64,000 nucleotides of DNA, from the IMG/VR virus record IMGVR_UViG_3300045988_089199, positions 1 through 64,000 of that record. One strand, given 5' to 3'. The notes beneath the pieces are model-generated. The model searched no databases. It had not been told where the DNA came from and saw only the letters and a list, made by a program, of their open reading frames with translations. Positions within the stretch are counted from its first letter, which is position 1; the number at the start of each line of letters is the position of its first letter. Positions 7,984 through 16,755 of the stretch are shown here, piece after piece. The stretch comes from a virus. The position numbers were made by a program, and so were the translations under genes.

Positions 7984-8988
7984 TTATATAAATAAATTTC
8001 TAAATATTGCTTCTAGTACATCAACAACTATACTATTTCCTGCCATTTTATATTGTTGTGTATTACTTATACCTGCTTGTTGTATCTTATCTATGTCATC
8101 ATCTTTTAGTCCCATAAGTCTAAAACATTCTCTAGGTGTTAATTTTCTTATTCTATAATCACAATATACAAAAGTATTTGAATTCCCTGCTCTTAATGTA
8201 GGAGTTACCTTTATACCTACTTGATTATCTTGCCATCCACTTTCACACTTACATTGATATATTTCTTTTTCACTTACTGCTATATCATATTTTTCTCTCT
8301 CAAAATTTTTTCTTACACTTGGTTTTATATTACTATCAACTAATATTTCAGGTTGTGTATTTTTATTCATTTGAAGATTTACATTATCAACAAAGTTTTC
8401 ATTCGTATCATCTTCTAATATATCAGCTATACATTTATCTAATTTAATGGGTTCAGGAAATTTATAGGGTTTATGTTCACCTAATATACTAACAACAAAT
8501 ACTCTTTCTCTATTTTGTGGTACACCATAATCTTTAGCATTTAGAACTTGTGGATAATTCGTATATCCTAAACTTTTTAAATATCTTAACCACTCATAAA
8601 ACTGTGGTCTAAATTTTTTACTAACTAGGTTTTTAACATTTTCCATCAATAAATATTTAGGCTTACAATATTCTATTATCTTTTCGCATTCATATAGTAA
8701 TCCACTTCTAGTTTGACCTCTAACGAGTCCTGCTTGTTTCCCTGCAACTGATAAATCTTGACAAGGAAAAGAATATGTAAATAGATCATGTTCTGGAATA
8801 TCTTTTACATCAATTTTACTAATATCACCTAAATTTAATGTTGATCCATGTATTGCCTCATACGCTTGTATTGCATACTTGTCTATTTCACTTATAGCTA
8901 CTACCTCGTAGTCTATTCCTATATTCCTTAATGCTATTGATTGACTACCATATCCTGCAAAAGCCTCAAATACCTTAAGTTTACTCAT
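7984..8988 (-). CDS. DNA (cytosine-5) methyltransferase
   Basis: Motif I FAGYGS, motif IV FPCQDLS, ENVKNL, QNRERVF and the C-terminal GNS motif. Confidence 0.9.
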   Translation of the reverse strand: MSKLKVFEAFAGYGSQSIALRNIGIDYEVVAISEIDKYAIQAYEAIHGSTLNLGDISKIDVKDIPEHDLFTYSFPCQDLSVAGKQAGLVRGQTRSGLLYECEKIIEYCKPKYLLMENVKNLVSKKFRPQFYEWLRYLKSLGYTNYPQVLNAKDYGVPQNRERVFVVSILGEHKPYKFPEPIKLDKCIADILEDDTNENFVDNVNLQMNKNTQPEILVDSNIKPSVRKNFEREKYDIAVSEKEIYQCKCESGWQDNQVGIKVTPTLRAGNSNTFVYCDYRIRKLTPRECFRLMGLKDDDIDKIQQAGISNTQQYKMAGNSIVVDVLEAIFRNLFI

Positions 8989-9012
8989 CAAACCACTCCT
9001 TTATTTGTATTC

Positions 9013-9056
9013 TATATATAGTATAGAAAAAGTGGGTGATTTACTAACCACCCACT
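9013..9056 (-). promoter_or_regulatory. class B promoter motif, copy 3, fused to a terminator hairpin
   Basis: Minus strand reads AGTGGGTG-GTTAGTAAAT-CACCCACT-TTTT-CTATACTATATATAG. The -35-like box is the loop of an 8-bp hairpin, and the hairpin T-tract is the promoter spacer. Confidence 0.6.
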
Positions 9057-9061
9057 CTGTT

Positions 9062-9520
9062 TTATTTCCCTGTAGTACCATATGATCCGCGATCTTCATT
9101 GCCTAATATATCAACCTCATCTATATCTAATGGAGTACTCTTTTTAACACTTATTTGTACCAATCTATCGCCCTTCTTAAAGGCCCCATATCTAGTACTA
9201 TAGAACATTGCTAACCATTCATCATTATCTCCACAGTACGTATCATCAACTAATCCCATACTATTAGTAAGTAATAATCCAGTATGTTTGAATGTGCTAC
9301 TACGAGGTAATATATAACCCTCGTAGCCTTTTCCCATGTCCATAGAAAATCCTAAGTTAACTACTACTATATCTCCTGGAGAGAACCTTACTACATTACC
9401 AGTAGGCTCTACACCATTTACACTTGCTGTACGTACATAACAATCATACCAATTTCCATTATTACTTTGTGGTGCTTTTCCACCTTCAAATACTTTTACT
9501 TTTACCTTTTTATTTGCCAT
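9062..9520 (-). CDS. dut: trimeric dUTPase
   Basis: Motifs PRSS, GLVDDTYCGDNDEW and C-terminal RGSYGTTG. Confidence 0.85.
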   Translation of the reverse strand: MANKKVKVKVFEGGKAPQSNNGNWYDCYVRTASVNGVEPTGNVVRFSPGDIVVVNLGFSMDMGKGYEGYILPRSSTFKHTGLLLTNSMGLVDDTYCGDNDEWLAMFYSTRYGAFKKGDRLVQISVKKSTPLDIDEVDILGNEDRGSYGTTGK

Positions 9521-10029
9521 TAAAAATCCCTCCCATTGGATAACATATTATTTCTAGTAACATTAAATTCATTAAGTCTTAAGTTCATTAATTTTTTCAA
9601 ACTACTGTGCAACATGTCAGCAATGTCTAATTTCTTTTCACATTGTTTGTATACTCTTATATAAATGTCTTCGATAAATTGTTCTTCCTCTACCATTAAT
9701 TGAGCATCACTTGTTTTTGCTGCAACAGTACTTTCGTCACTGTGCATATATGCAGTGTTAAAACGTGTTTTCTTTTGTGTTTTAGCTGCATCCACCCTAA
9801 CACCTAATACTTGCATTTTGTCTATTAATTCATACATTAAAACAGGTAATAAGGCTATATACTTTTCTAAGTCGTCATTACTTAGTGTAGAGGTATTTTG
9901 TAGTAATTCCTTAACATCGTATATGCAGTCGTCCAAGGTACCTGTATATTTTTCACTAATAGTTAATGCGGTATTAACTATATCATCACATTGTTTATTA
10001 AACTCTTTTATAATATCCAATTTACTCAT
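9520..10029 (-). CDS. hypothetical protein
   Basis: 169-aa ORF with AAGGAG RBS. No motif recognised. Confidence 0.5.
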   Translation of the reverse strand: MSKLDIIKEFNKQCDDIVNTALTISEKYTGTLDDCIYDVKELLQNTSTLSNDDLEKYIALLPVLMYELIDKMQVLGVRVDAAKTQKKTRFNTAYMHSDESTVAAKTSDAQLMVEEEQFIEDIYIRVYKQCEKKLDIADMLHSSLKKLMNLRLNEFNVTRNNMLSNGRDF

Positions 10030-10507
10030 CACTACAACACTCCTTTAATTGAGCCATTAAGAATAACCTACTGTCAAAGGTTTCTTTATTCAAAGTAAAA
10101 TTAATCCTTTGGTACGTAACTGGTAATTTGGAAATAGCTACTATAATCTCACAATCATCTACAGTTAAACTTTGTTTATTATTTTGCATTGTTCTATTTA
10201 TAGTACTCCATGGTATCATATATACTTGTTTATGCTCTCTGAACTCCACTACTACCATTGGATTACAACCTTGTACATGACTATAGAAGTCCAACTGTTC
10301 CTTTTGGTTATCTGTTATATTACTAAAATCAAACCTACTGCCCTTTACACTTTTTAGCTCAAATAAATACTGATATGGATATTTGTAGTAGATAAAATCA
10401 CAGGGGTTTTTTACCCCTGCATATCCATTAGTGGTGTCGTATAATCTAACTAATTCTTTACCAACACCCTTTTTAAAATTATTTTCAAACTTCTTACCAT
10501 AGTTCAT
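10022..10507 (-). CDS. recU: RecU-like Holliday junction resolvase
   Basis: MNYGKKFE start, DF..YLFELKS (D..ExK) and NITDNQKEQL motifs in RecU order. Start moved to the ATG at 10507 to remove the long overlap with the HNH gene. Confidence 0.55.
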   Translation of the reverse strand: MNYGKKFENNFKKGVGKELVRLYDTTNGYAGVKNPCDFIYYKYPYQYLFELKSVKGSRFDFSNITDNQKEQLDFYSHVQGCNPMVVVEFREHKQVYMIPWSTINRTMQNNKQSLTVDDCEIIVAISKLPVTYQRINFTLNKETFDSRLFLMAQLKECCSDE

Positions 10508-11015
10508 TTGTATCCTCCTCAACATAGCGCCAGTGATAGCCACCAGCAGTTTTTCTTTTTCCTTTACAAACGGCACTAATACTGGATTGACTAATTCCAG
10601 TTTGTTTACCAGCTTTATTTATTGATTCGTACTGTGTGTTAGTTTCCACACATATAACTTTTATAGCTCTAGTAGATTTCAATAATCCCGTATCATATGC
10701 GTGTTTTACATTATAACTAGCAGTGCACCACTCCAAATTATATAAGGCGTTATTTTGTTTATTACCGTCAATATGGTTAACATAGGGTAAATTATCCGGG
10801 TTTGGAATAAAGGCTTCTGCTAGTAATTTATGTAAACATTTAGGCACTGCTTTTTCTCCATCAAACAACGTTACTTGATAATAACCTGTATTATTAATAT
10901 GAGGACTAATATACTTAGGTGTAATATTTTTTAAAGATAATACATCACCTTTTGTATTTATAAAATACATAGGAAAATTATTTAGTTGTTTCCATGGTGT
11001 ATTTTTAACTTTCAT
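10494..11015 (-). CDS. free-standing HNH homing endonuclease (NUMOD4 / HNH_3 type)
   Basis: WKQLNNFPMYFINTKGDV, then HKLLAEAFIPNP..VNHIDGNKQNN..NLEWCT, plus a C-terminal HTH-like tail. Start taken at MKVKNTPW (11015). Confidence 0.8.
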   Translation of the reverse strand: MKVKNTPWKQLNNFPMYFINTKGDVLSLKNITPKYISPHINNTGYYQVTLFDGEKAVPKCLHKLLAEAFIPNPDNLPYVNHIDGNKQNNALYNLEWCTASYNVKHAYDTGLLKSTRAIKVICVETNTQYESINKAGKQTGISQSSISAVCKGKRKTAGGYHWRYVEEDTNELW

Positions 11016-11772
11016 CTCGCATGCACACTCCTCGGTACTTACAATAGTTACATTTAGGTTCCTTTGGTGGCAACACGTCAAATTTAACACAGTCATTTAC
11101 ATATTGGATAGTGTCTTCTATACTCTCAATCATTTCTTGTGGCACTTCAAATAAATAACCTTTTTTGCTGCAATTGTCTCTATTTTCATAAATAAATATT
11201 ACTTTTGGAACTCCTATACACATTGAGTAACAAGCTGCTTGTAATTTGTGTCCTTGGTGTGGCTCCTCGTGGGAGTTGTATTTGTGGGTACTTTCAGTTT
11301 TAATTTCTATTATATAGTACTCACCTTTATATTGCACTAATCCATCACACATAAAACGCATATTATATTTCTTACTAAATAACTTAGTTTCATTACCTTC
11401 CTGTGATACCACTTGGGGATCAGTAACTCCCTTACTATGTAAATAATCACCAACATTTATCCATTTGCAATGCCCGGTGTATTTTGCCATTTGTTGTATA
11501 TAATCTTGTATTGTCTCATGTCTATCAGTCCCACTCTCACAGATGCCAACTAAATTTACACCACTACTTTGTTCATCTGGTTGTGCTCCTATCATTTGGT
11601 AATACAAACTTCTTTTACATCCAGCTATCCCACTAGGTTTATATGATCTAGTGGGTATATAATCACTCTCATTCTCCTTCTCTATTGTATATATTAAGTC
11701 ATTTACAAATTGTTGAGCTATCTCATTACTCTTTTCAGCTCTAACCATTTTGGCTATTTTATTTAACTTCAT
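11005..11772 (-). CDS. Cas4/RecB-like PD-(D/E)xK exonuclease with Cys cluster
   Basis: CDG..IIEIKT (D..ExK), QAACY, one N-terminal Cys (GCKRSLYY) and C-terminal CNYCKYRGVC, giving a 4-Cys Fe-S-type layout. Confidence 0.7.
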   Translation of the reverse strand: MKLNKIAKMVRAEKSNEIAQQFVNDLIYTIEKENESDYIPTRSYKPSGIAGCKRSLYYQMIGAQPDEQSSGVNLVGICESGTDRHETIQDYIQQMAKYTGHCKWINVGDYLHSKGVTDPQVVSQEGNETKLFSKKYNMRFMCDGLVQYKGEYYIIEIKTESTHKYNSHEEPHQGHKLQAACYSMCIGVPKVIFIYENRDNCSKKGYLFEVPQEMIESIEDTIQYVNDCVKFDVLPPKEPKCNYCKYRGVCMRDES

Positions 11773-11783
11773 ATAAGAACCTC

Positions 11784-12842
11784 CTATTCTTCGTCGGCAG
11801 TTGCCAACATCATTATACTATCCTTAGTACATAGCTTAATAGTTTCATCTGTCCCAAATTCTATTGTCACTCCCGGTTCATCTACTGCACTAAATAAGTC
11901 CTTTAAATAACCCCCATTTACGCTTATCATAAATGGTTCCGGTAAATCTATCCCTTTAGTATATTCAACCACCTCTACGGACTTGCTAGAGGTTGCTATG
12001 GTCATATTACTGTCACTAAATACTAAGTCTATAATACCTCTATCATATGGACCCACAAATAAGTTCAATCTATCTAGTGCTTGTAAAACTTTCTTAACAT
12101 CCACCTCGCAAGTATATGGATATTTACCATTCAATAATGGAACTACATTTGGATACTCAGCTGCCCCTTCCTGTAATGCTCCTGTAATAATTATGTTCTG
12201 TCCTATTGCTCTTAATAATGTACAATCCTTATTTACCGTAAATATTACCTTCTCTGTATCTATAGATTGTAATAAATTGGCTAAAGTTGGAGGTATTAAT
12301 AATTCCATGTCATCCAGATACTCACCGTCCAACTCTGTACTATATACCTTTATGGCATCTGCAGTAATAAGTTGATTATCTCGTAGTAAGTAACTATATA
12401 ATACACCATCATTAGATGATGTACTTTTGGCTTTTGCACCATCAACTATTGCATTACTCAAAGTTGTATATGTTATCATAAACTCTTTATCAGCATCTAT
12501 ATCCAAAGTTGGATATACTTCATCACTAACTATTTCTACTTTATATGTACCATTACCTTTTACCTCTAAATAATTGTCCATTAATTTAAGTCCTACTGTA
12601 TCTTTAGTAGTTTTATTTATCAACTTACTAAATTGATCAGCTTTAACTATAACATTCATTTCATCCTCGCATTTTGTTGGATGATTAATTGTTATGAAGT
12701 TAACTCCATCTGTAGCTCTAAGAGATATACCCTCAACACTAAAATCTAATTCATAGTAATTAGTTATTTCTAATAATTTACTAGGTTTGCATCTACTCGC
12801 TGCACTTAACATATTCTTTAAAACACTTGTATCTAATTTCAT
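11784..12842 (-). CDS. dnaN: DNA polymerase sliding clamp (beta-like)
   Basis: 352 aa. The N-terminus (L..ML..A.....KP..LEI...) resembles DnaN. Lies between the polymerase and the nuclease, and clamp-loader genes are present. Confidence 0.55.
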   Translation of the reverse strand: MKLDTSVLKNMLSAASRCKPSKLLEITNYYELDFSVEGISLRATDGVNFITINHPTKCEDEMNVIVKADQFSKLINKTTKDTVGLKLMDNYLEVKGNGTYKVEIVSDEVYPTLDIDADKEFMITYTTLSNAIVDGAKAKSTSSNDGVLYSYLLRDNQLITADAIKVYSTELDGEYLDDMELLIPPTLANLLQSIDTEKVIFTVNKDCTLLRAIGQNIIITGALQEGAAEYPNVVPLLNGKYPYTCEVDVKKVLQALDRLNLFVGPYDRGIIDLVFSDSNMTIATSSKSVEVVEYTKGIDLPEPFMISVNGGYLKDLFSAVDEPGVTIEFGTDETIKLCTKDSIMMLATADEE

Positions 12843-12878
12843 TATAGAACATCTCCTTTATTTTTTTTCTTCCATACA

Positions 12879-12916
12879 ATTATAGTATAGAAAAAACCCG
12901 GTATTTACTAACCGGG
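12879..12916 (-). promoter_or_regulatory. class B promoter motif, copy 4, with the -35 box in a hairpin loop
   Basis: Minus strand reads CCCGG-TTAGTAAATA-CCGGG-TTTTTT-CTATACTATA. Same architecture as copy 3 but with a 5-bp GC stem. Confidence 0.5.
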
Positions 12917-12928
12917 CTTTCAATATTT

Positions 12929-15286
12929 TTAAATTTCTATTCCTTCTCCATACCATCTGTATGTTACTTCAATGTCGGTTTTCATTGGTATTTCAAATAT
13001 GCCATCTACTACGTGTACCATTATATGTTCTAATATGTCTCTTACTTCTTCGGCATTCTCTTTTGGGCAAACCCCCAACACTTCGTCATGGACAGGTATA
13101 ATTAATTTATATCCCAACTCTTGTAATCGTTTATTATCATGTATTTGTATCATGGCAATCTTGGTCATATCAGCAGCACTTCCTTGAATAATACTATTAA
13201 CACATTGTCTTTGAGCATCAGCTATATATCCACCGTTGTCTACTAATTTATATCCTTCATCCTTGGCCATTTGTTTAATCTTCTCTTTAGCCTCCTTACC
13301 AAACGCCTTTCTCATTAATTTAAGATATTTAAAATAAACTTCATCGCTCACCTCTGTAGTGGATCCACCGGTAAAATCTAATGGATTAAATGTATCAACT
13401 AAGTTAGGGTTCTCCACTGTTATTTCAATTGGGTCTAACTGCATATTTGGTAGTCTTCTTTTTCTACCCCATGCAGTCTCTACAAAACCGTAAGTTCTAG
13501 CGTTTTCTTGTGCAAAGTCAACAAAACCTTTTACATTTGGGAACTGATCATAAAAGTCATTAATAACTTGTTGTGCTTCCTCTTTACTAATATTCATTTG
13601 CTCAGCTATACTTGTTACGCCTCTACCATACATTATCCCTAATAATATAGGTTTAACACTACTTCTTCTATTTTTTCCTTCTGGATTAACTGTTCCATCC
13701 GGTCTAAACTCTTTACATTCTTCATATGGTTGATTGTACAATTTACTAGCTATGGTACTATATAAATCTTTACCATCTAAATATGCTTGTATCATATGTT
13801 TATCACCACTCATATGTGCAAGACATCGCGGCTCCTGCTGCGAAAAGTCTCCACCAATTATTACATTACCTTCACCAGCTATAAACATTTGTCTTATATC
13901 ATGTCCAGCATCTATTACAGTGCCATCACTTAATTTCTTTGTTTTACTGGGTAAATTTTGCAAATTTGGATTACTACTACTAAATCTACCGGTCTTAGCG
14001 CCATACTGATTGAAGTTCGCGTGTAACTTACCAGTTCTTTTGCTTATATGGTCAGGAATGGCGTCAATATAGGTACTTAATAGTTTACTCATACCTCTAT
14101 ATTCTAATATACAACTCACTAATGGATGGTTTAATTGTTTTAGTTGTTCTTCACCAACACTTCGTTGTCCCTTTGGTGGGTCTAATTTTAAGACATCATA
14201 GAATAGTATTACTAGTTGTTGATTACTTCCTATGTTAATGTTTACTTCCCCTAACTCACTTATTTTACCATATTTATCCGGGTGTTTTACTCTTAAGTCA
14301 TTGAATGCACCTTGTTCATCAAGTTGTACCACCTGTGTATTAAATTCATTAAGGGCATTATCCATATACGTAGTATATCGTTGTTTTAATTGTTGTGCTA
14401 AGTTTGTATCTATGTCTACTCCTTGTGCCTCCATATCGAATACTACTTCTATTAATGGCATTTCTATGTTTCTAAATACATCCGCCACCCTTTCGAGTCC
14501 TTTTTTATAGCAGTACTTCCCATCTCTATCCAAATATTCACGTTGGAAATCGTATAACTCGTATGTCATTATAGGGTCAAAGGCTGCATACATATATCCA
14601 ACATCTGGAGGTATTTTGTTAAATTCTATACCATTAAATAACTCACCGAATTTCCCTACCTCTGCACTCTCACCTGTGCAATACTTTTGCCATAAGGCTT
14701 TTAGTCCGTGCGGTTCATTCTCATTAAGTAAATATCCTCCTATTAGTGTATCCCAGTATGGCACTATTTTAACTCCTATCATCCAATATAATATGTGCAT
14801 ATCATATTTACTATTTTGTAGGACATACTTAATATTTTCCCTATTACATACTTCAAAGAAGTTACGCATAAATTCTTTACTTACATTATTCTTTAATTCC
14901 ATATTAGTCATATAACTTACGTGTCCTACTGGAATATATATTCCTTTTTCTCCCGGTGTATATAGACATATACCAGCTATTTTTCCATCTATTCTATCAA
15001 GTCCGTTTGTTTCGGTATCTACTGCCAATATACCATTATCTAATACTTTATCCAAATATTGATCAATACGTTCTTCTGAGGTTACTAATTCCATTCTATC
15101 TAATCTATCGCTAAATATTTTAGTGGACATCATCTTAGCATACTCCACTTTATCTTTCATTGTTTTTGGCACTACTGTTGTTACTGGTGCTCTTTTATTT
15201 TTCTTTTTATTCAACACTTCCAAGGCTTTTTTATTAGTCTCTTTATTGTTATTACAACGACTGAATGTATCTTTAAATAAGCTCAT
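12929..15286 (-). CDS. polA: family A DNA polymerase with 3'-5' exonuclease domain
   Basis: ExoI AVDTETNGL, motif A DFSQQEPR, motif B RRSSVKPILLGIMYGRG and motif C VHDEV. Confidence 0.92.
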   Translation of the reverse strand: MSLFKDTFSRCNNNKETNKKALEVLNKKKNKRAPVTTVVPKTMKDKVEYAKMMSTKIFSDRLDRMELVTSEERIDQYLDKVLDNGILAVDTETNGLDRIDGKIAGICLYTPGEKGIYIPVGHVSYMTNMELKNNVSKEFMRNFFEVCNRENIKYVLQNSKYDMHILYWMIGVKIVPYWDTLIGGYLLNENEPHGLKALWQKYCTGESAEVGKFGELFNGIEFNKIPPDVGYMYAAFDPIMTYELYDFQREYLDRDGKYCYKKGLERVADVFRNIEMPLIEVVFDMEAQGVDIDTNLAQQLKQRYTTYMDNALNEFNTQVVQLDEQGAFNDLRVKHPDKYGKISELGEVNINIGSNQQLVILFYDVLKLDPPKGQRSVGEEQLKQLNHPLVSCILEYRGMSKLLSTYIDAIPDHISKRTGKLHANFNQYGAKTGRFSSSNPNLQNLPSKTKKLSDGTVIDAGHDIRQMFIAGEGNVIIGGDFSQQEPRCLAHMSGDKHMIQAYLDGKDLYSTIASKLYNQPYEECKEFRPDGTVNPEGKNRRSSVKPILLGIMYGRGVTSIAEQMNISKEEAQQVINDFYDQFPNVKGFVDFAQENARTYGFVETAWGRKRRLPNMQLDPIEITVENPNLVDTFNPLDFTGGSTTEVSDEVYFKYLKLMRKAFGKEAKEKIKQMAKDEGYKLVDNGGYIADAQRQCVNSIIQGSAADMTKIAMIQIHDNKRLQELGYKLIIPVHDEVLGVCPKENAEEVRDILEHIMVHVVDGIFEIPMKTDIEVTYRWYGEGIEI

Positions 15287-15299
15287 TATATCCCTCCTA

Positions 15300-15329
15300 T
15301 AAAAATACCAGGTAATTTATACCTGGTAT
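15300..15329 (-). terminator. hairpin plus T-tract between the SSB and polymerase genes
   Basis: 10-bp perfect stem ATACCAGGTA/TACCTGGTAT (15305..15314 and 15320..15329), followed by TTTTT on the minus strand. Confidence 0.55.
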
Positions 15330-15351
15330 TTACTTGTTATTTATTTGTATT

Positions 15352-16035
15352 CTAAAATTCATCATCTACAACTCTACGTCTTCTACTTTCCCTTCTTGGT
15401 GCTTCTTCACGTCTAGTTGGAGCAGGCTCAACATCATTATGAGATTTATTTCCGCCCCAGTCATATATACCGTCCACTATATCTATCATGTCCGCTTTAC
15501 TAACTTTTGTAATATAAGTTCCTTCTATATTAACTTTTTCAGGGAAGTCATCTAAACATTTACCATCTTTTTCTAATGCGAACATTTCATAAGTTGTATT
15601 AGTATCACCTTTTTTACCCTTACGTTCTATTTCTATTGGACGTTCTACCAAGCTGCCATATCTATTTAAGAAACTAACTATTTTTCCTACAAAGTTTTTA
15701 CCTCTCTCCCAAATTTTAAGTTTGCCATCTGTCTCATCATATAATTGTAGGAATAGTTTTTCTTGTGTTCTATATCCAGCTTTACATAGTGGGCAATCAT
15801 CTTTATGTATATGTCCATCCTCATCTACTGCATTACAACTTACATATTTTCTTACTTTCTTACCGTTGACCTCAATCTCTATTTGATGTACTAAGAAGAA
15901 ATCCATATCTCCACCTTCTGGATCATCATACAACATTCTTACTTGAGCTATATCTCCATCATCTTTTAATGTGAAATATTCACTTGTACCCACATTTGTA
16001 AATTTACCTGCATCTTTAATATTTATTCTAGCCAT
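15352..16035 (-). CDS. gp32-like single-stranded DNA-binding protein (putative)
   Basis: Zn-type cluster C-x7-H-x-H-x3-C-x2-C (CNAVDEDGHIHKDDCPLC), an Arg-rich linker and an acidic C-terminal tip DDEF. Located in the replication module. Confidence 0.45.
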   Translation of the reverse strand: MARINIKDAGKFTNVGTSEYFTLKDDGDIAQVRMLYDDPEGGDMDFFLVHQIEIEVNGKKVRKYVSCNAVDEDGHIHKDDCPLCKAGYRTQEKLFLQLYDETDGKLKIWERGKNFVGKIVSFLNRYGSLVERPIEIERKGKKGDTNTTYEMFALEKDGKCLDDFPEKVNIEGTYITKVSKADMIDIVDGIYDWGGNKSHNDVEPAPTRREEAPRRESRRRRVVDDEF

Positions 16036-16071
16036 TTAACATCACTCCTTATTTTTTATTAATTTATCTTA

Positions 16072-16107
16072 CATATATAATATAGAAATATGTTACCATT
16101 TACTAAC
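16072..16107 (-). promoter_or_regulatory. class B promoter motif, copy 5
   Basis: Minus strand reads GTTAGTAAATGGTAACATATTTCTATATTATATATG with the 22-nt offset conserved. Confidence 0.55.
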
Positions 16108-16140
16108 TAACTTTTCTATTTTTTATAATTTTTTCAAATA

Positions 16141-16171
16141 AAATAAGGTAGGGTGTTAACCTACCTTATTT
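16141..16171 (-). terminator. hairpin terminator after the HNH gene
   Basis: 12-bp stem AAATAAGGTAGG/CCTACCTTATTT with a 7-nt loop. The U-rich 3' arm continues into TTATTTG. Confidence 0.5.
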
Positions 16172-16271
16172 GTATTAATCACATTTTATAATATAATTTA
16201 TAAAACATTAACATTGACATTCTTAATTTTGTTATACTCTTAAACATTTGTTCATTCATATAATCATCTCC

Positions 16272-16742
16272 TTAATCACATTTTATATAATAACCTTTAC
16301 CAAGTTTAATCCAATTGTCTACAGTGTGTCTACACACTCCCAATTTCTCTGCTGCTTCGGATTGACTCGCGTAATATTCTCCATTTATAACGCAAGGCTT
16401 ATAACCCGGAGTTGATAGCCCTGTTTTAAACGCATGTATATTATTGTATGATTGAGTACACCATTCCAAATTCTCAATCCGATTATTTGCTTTATTCCCA
16501 TCTATATGATTGATTATTGGTAATTTATTGGGATTAGGAATAAAAGCTTCTGCTACTAATCTATGCGCCTTATAATCTTTTCGCTTTCCTGTTACAGTAT
16601 CTCTTATATAATAATGTACATAACCATTCTTATCCCTACGAATATTTAATAATCTAAATCTTCTAACAAGGGATATTACAAATCCCCTGTTAGATATAAA
16701 ATACTTGTGATTAAATTCTAACCTATGATATTTTAATACCAT
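16272..16742 (-). CDS. free-standing HNH homing endonuclease
   Basis: HRLVAEAFIPNPNKLPIINHIDGNKANNRIENLEWCT plus a C-terminal HTH-like tail. Immediately downstream of nrdJ. Confidence 0.85.
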   Translation of the reverse strand: MVLKYHRLEFNHKYFISNRGFVISLVRRFRLLNIRRDKNGYVHYYIRDTVTGKRKDYKAHRLVAEAFIPNPNKLPIINHIDGNKANNRIENLEWCTQSYNNIHAFKTGLSTPGYKPCVINGEYYASQSEAAEKLGVCRHTVDNWIKLGKGYYIKCD

Positions 16743-16755
16743 ATAATCACCTTCC

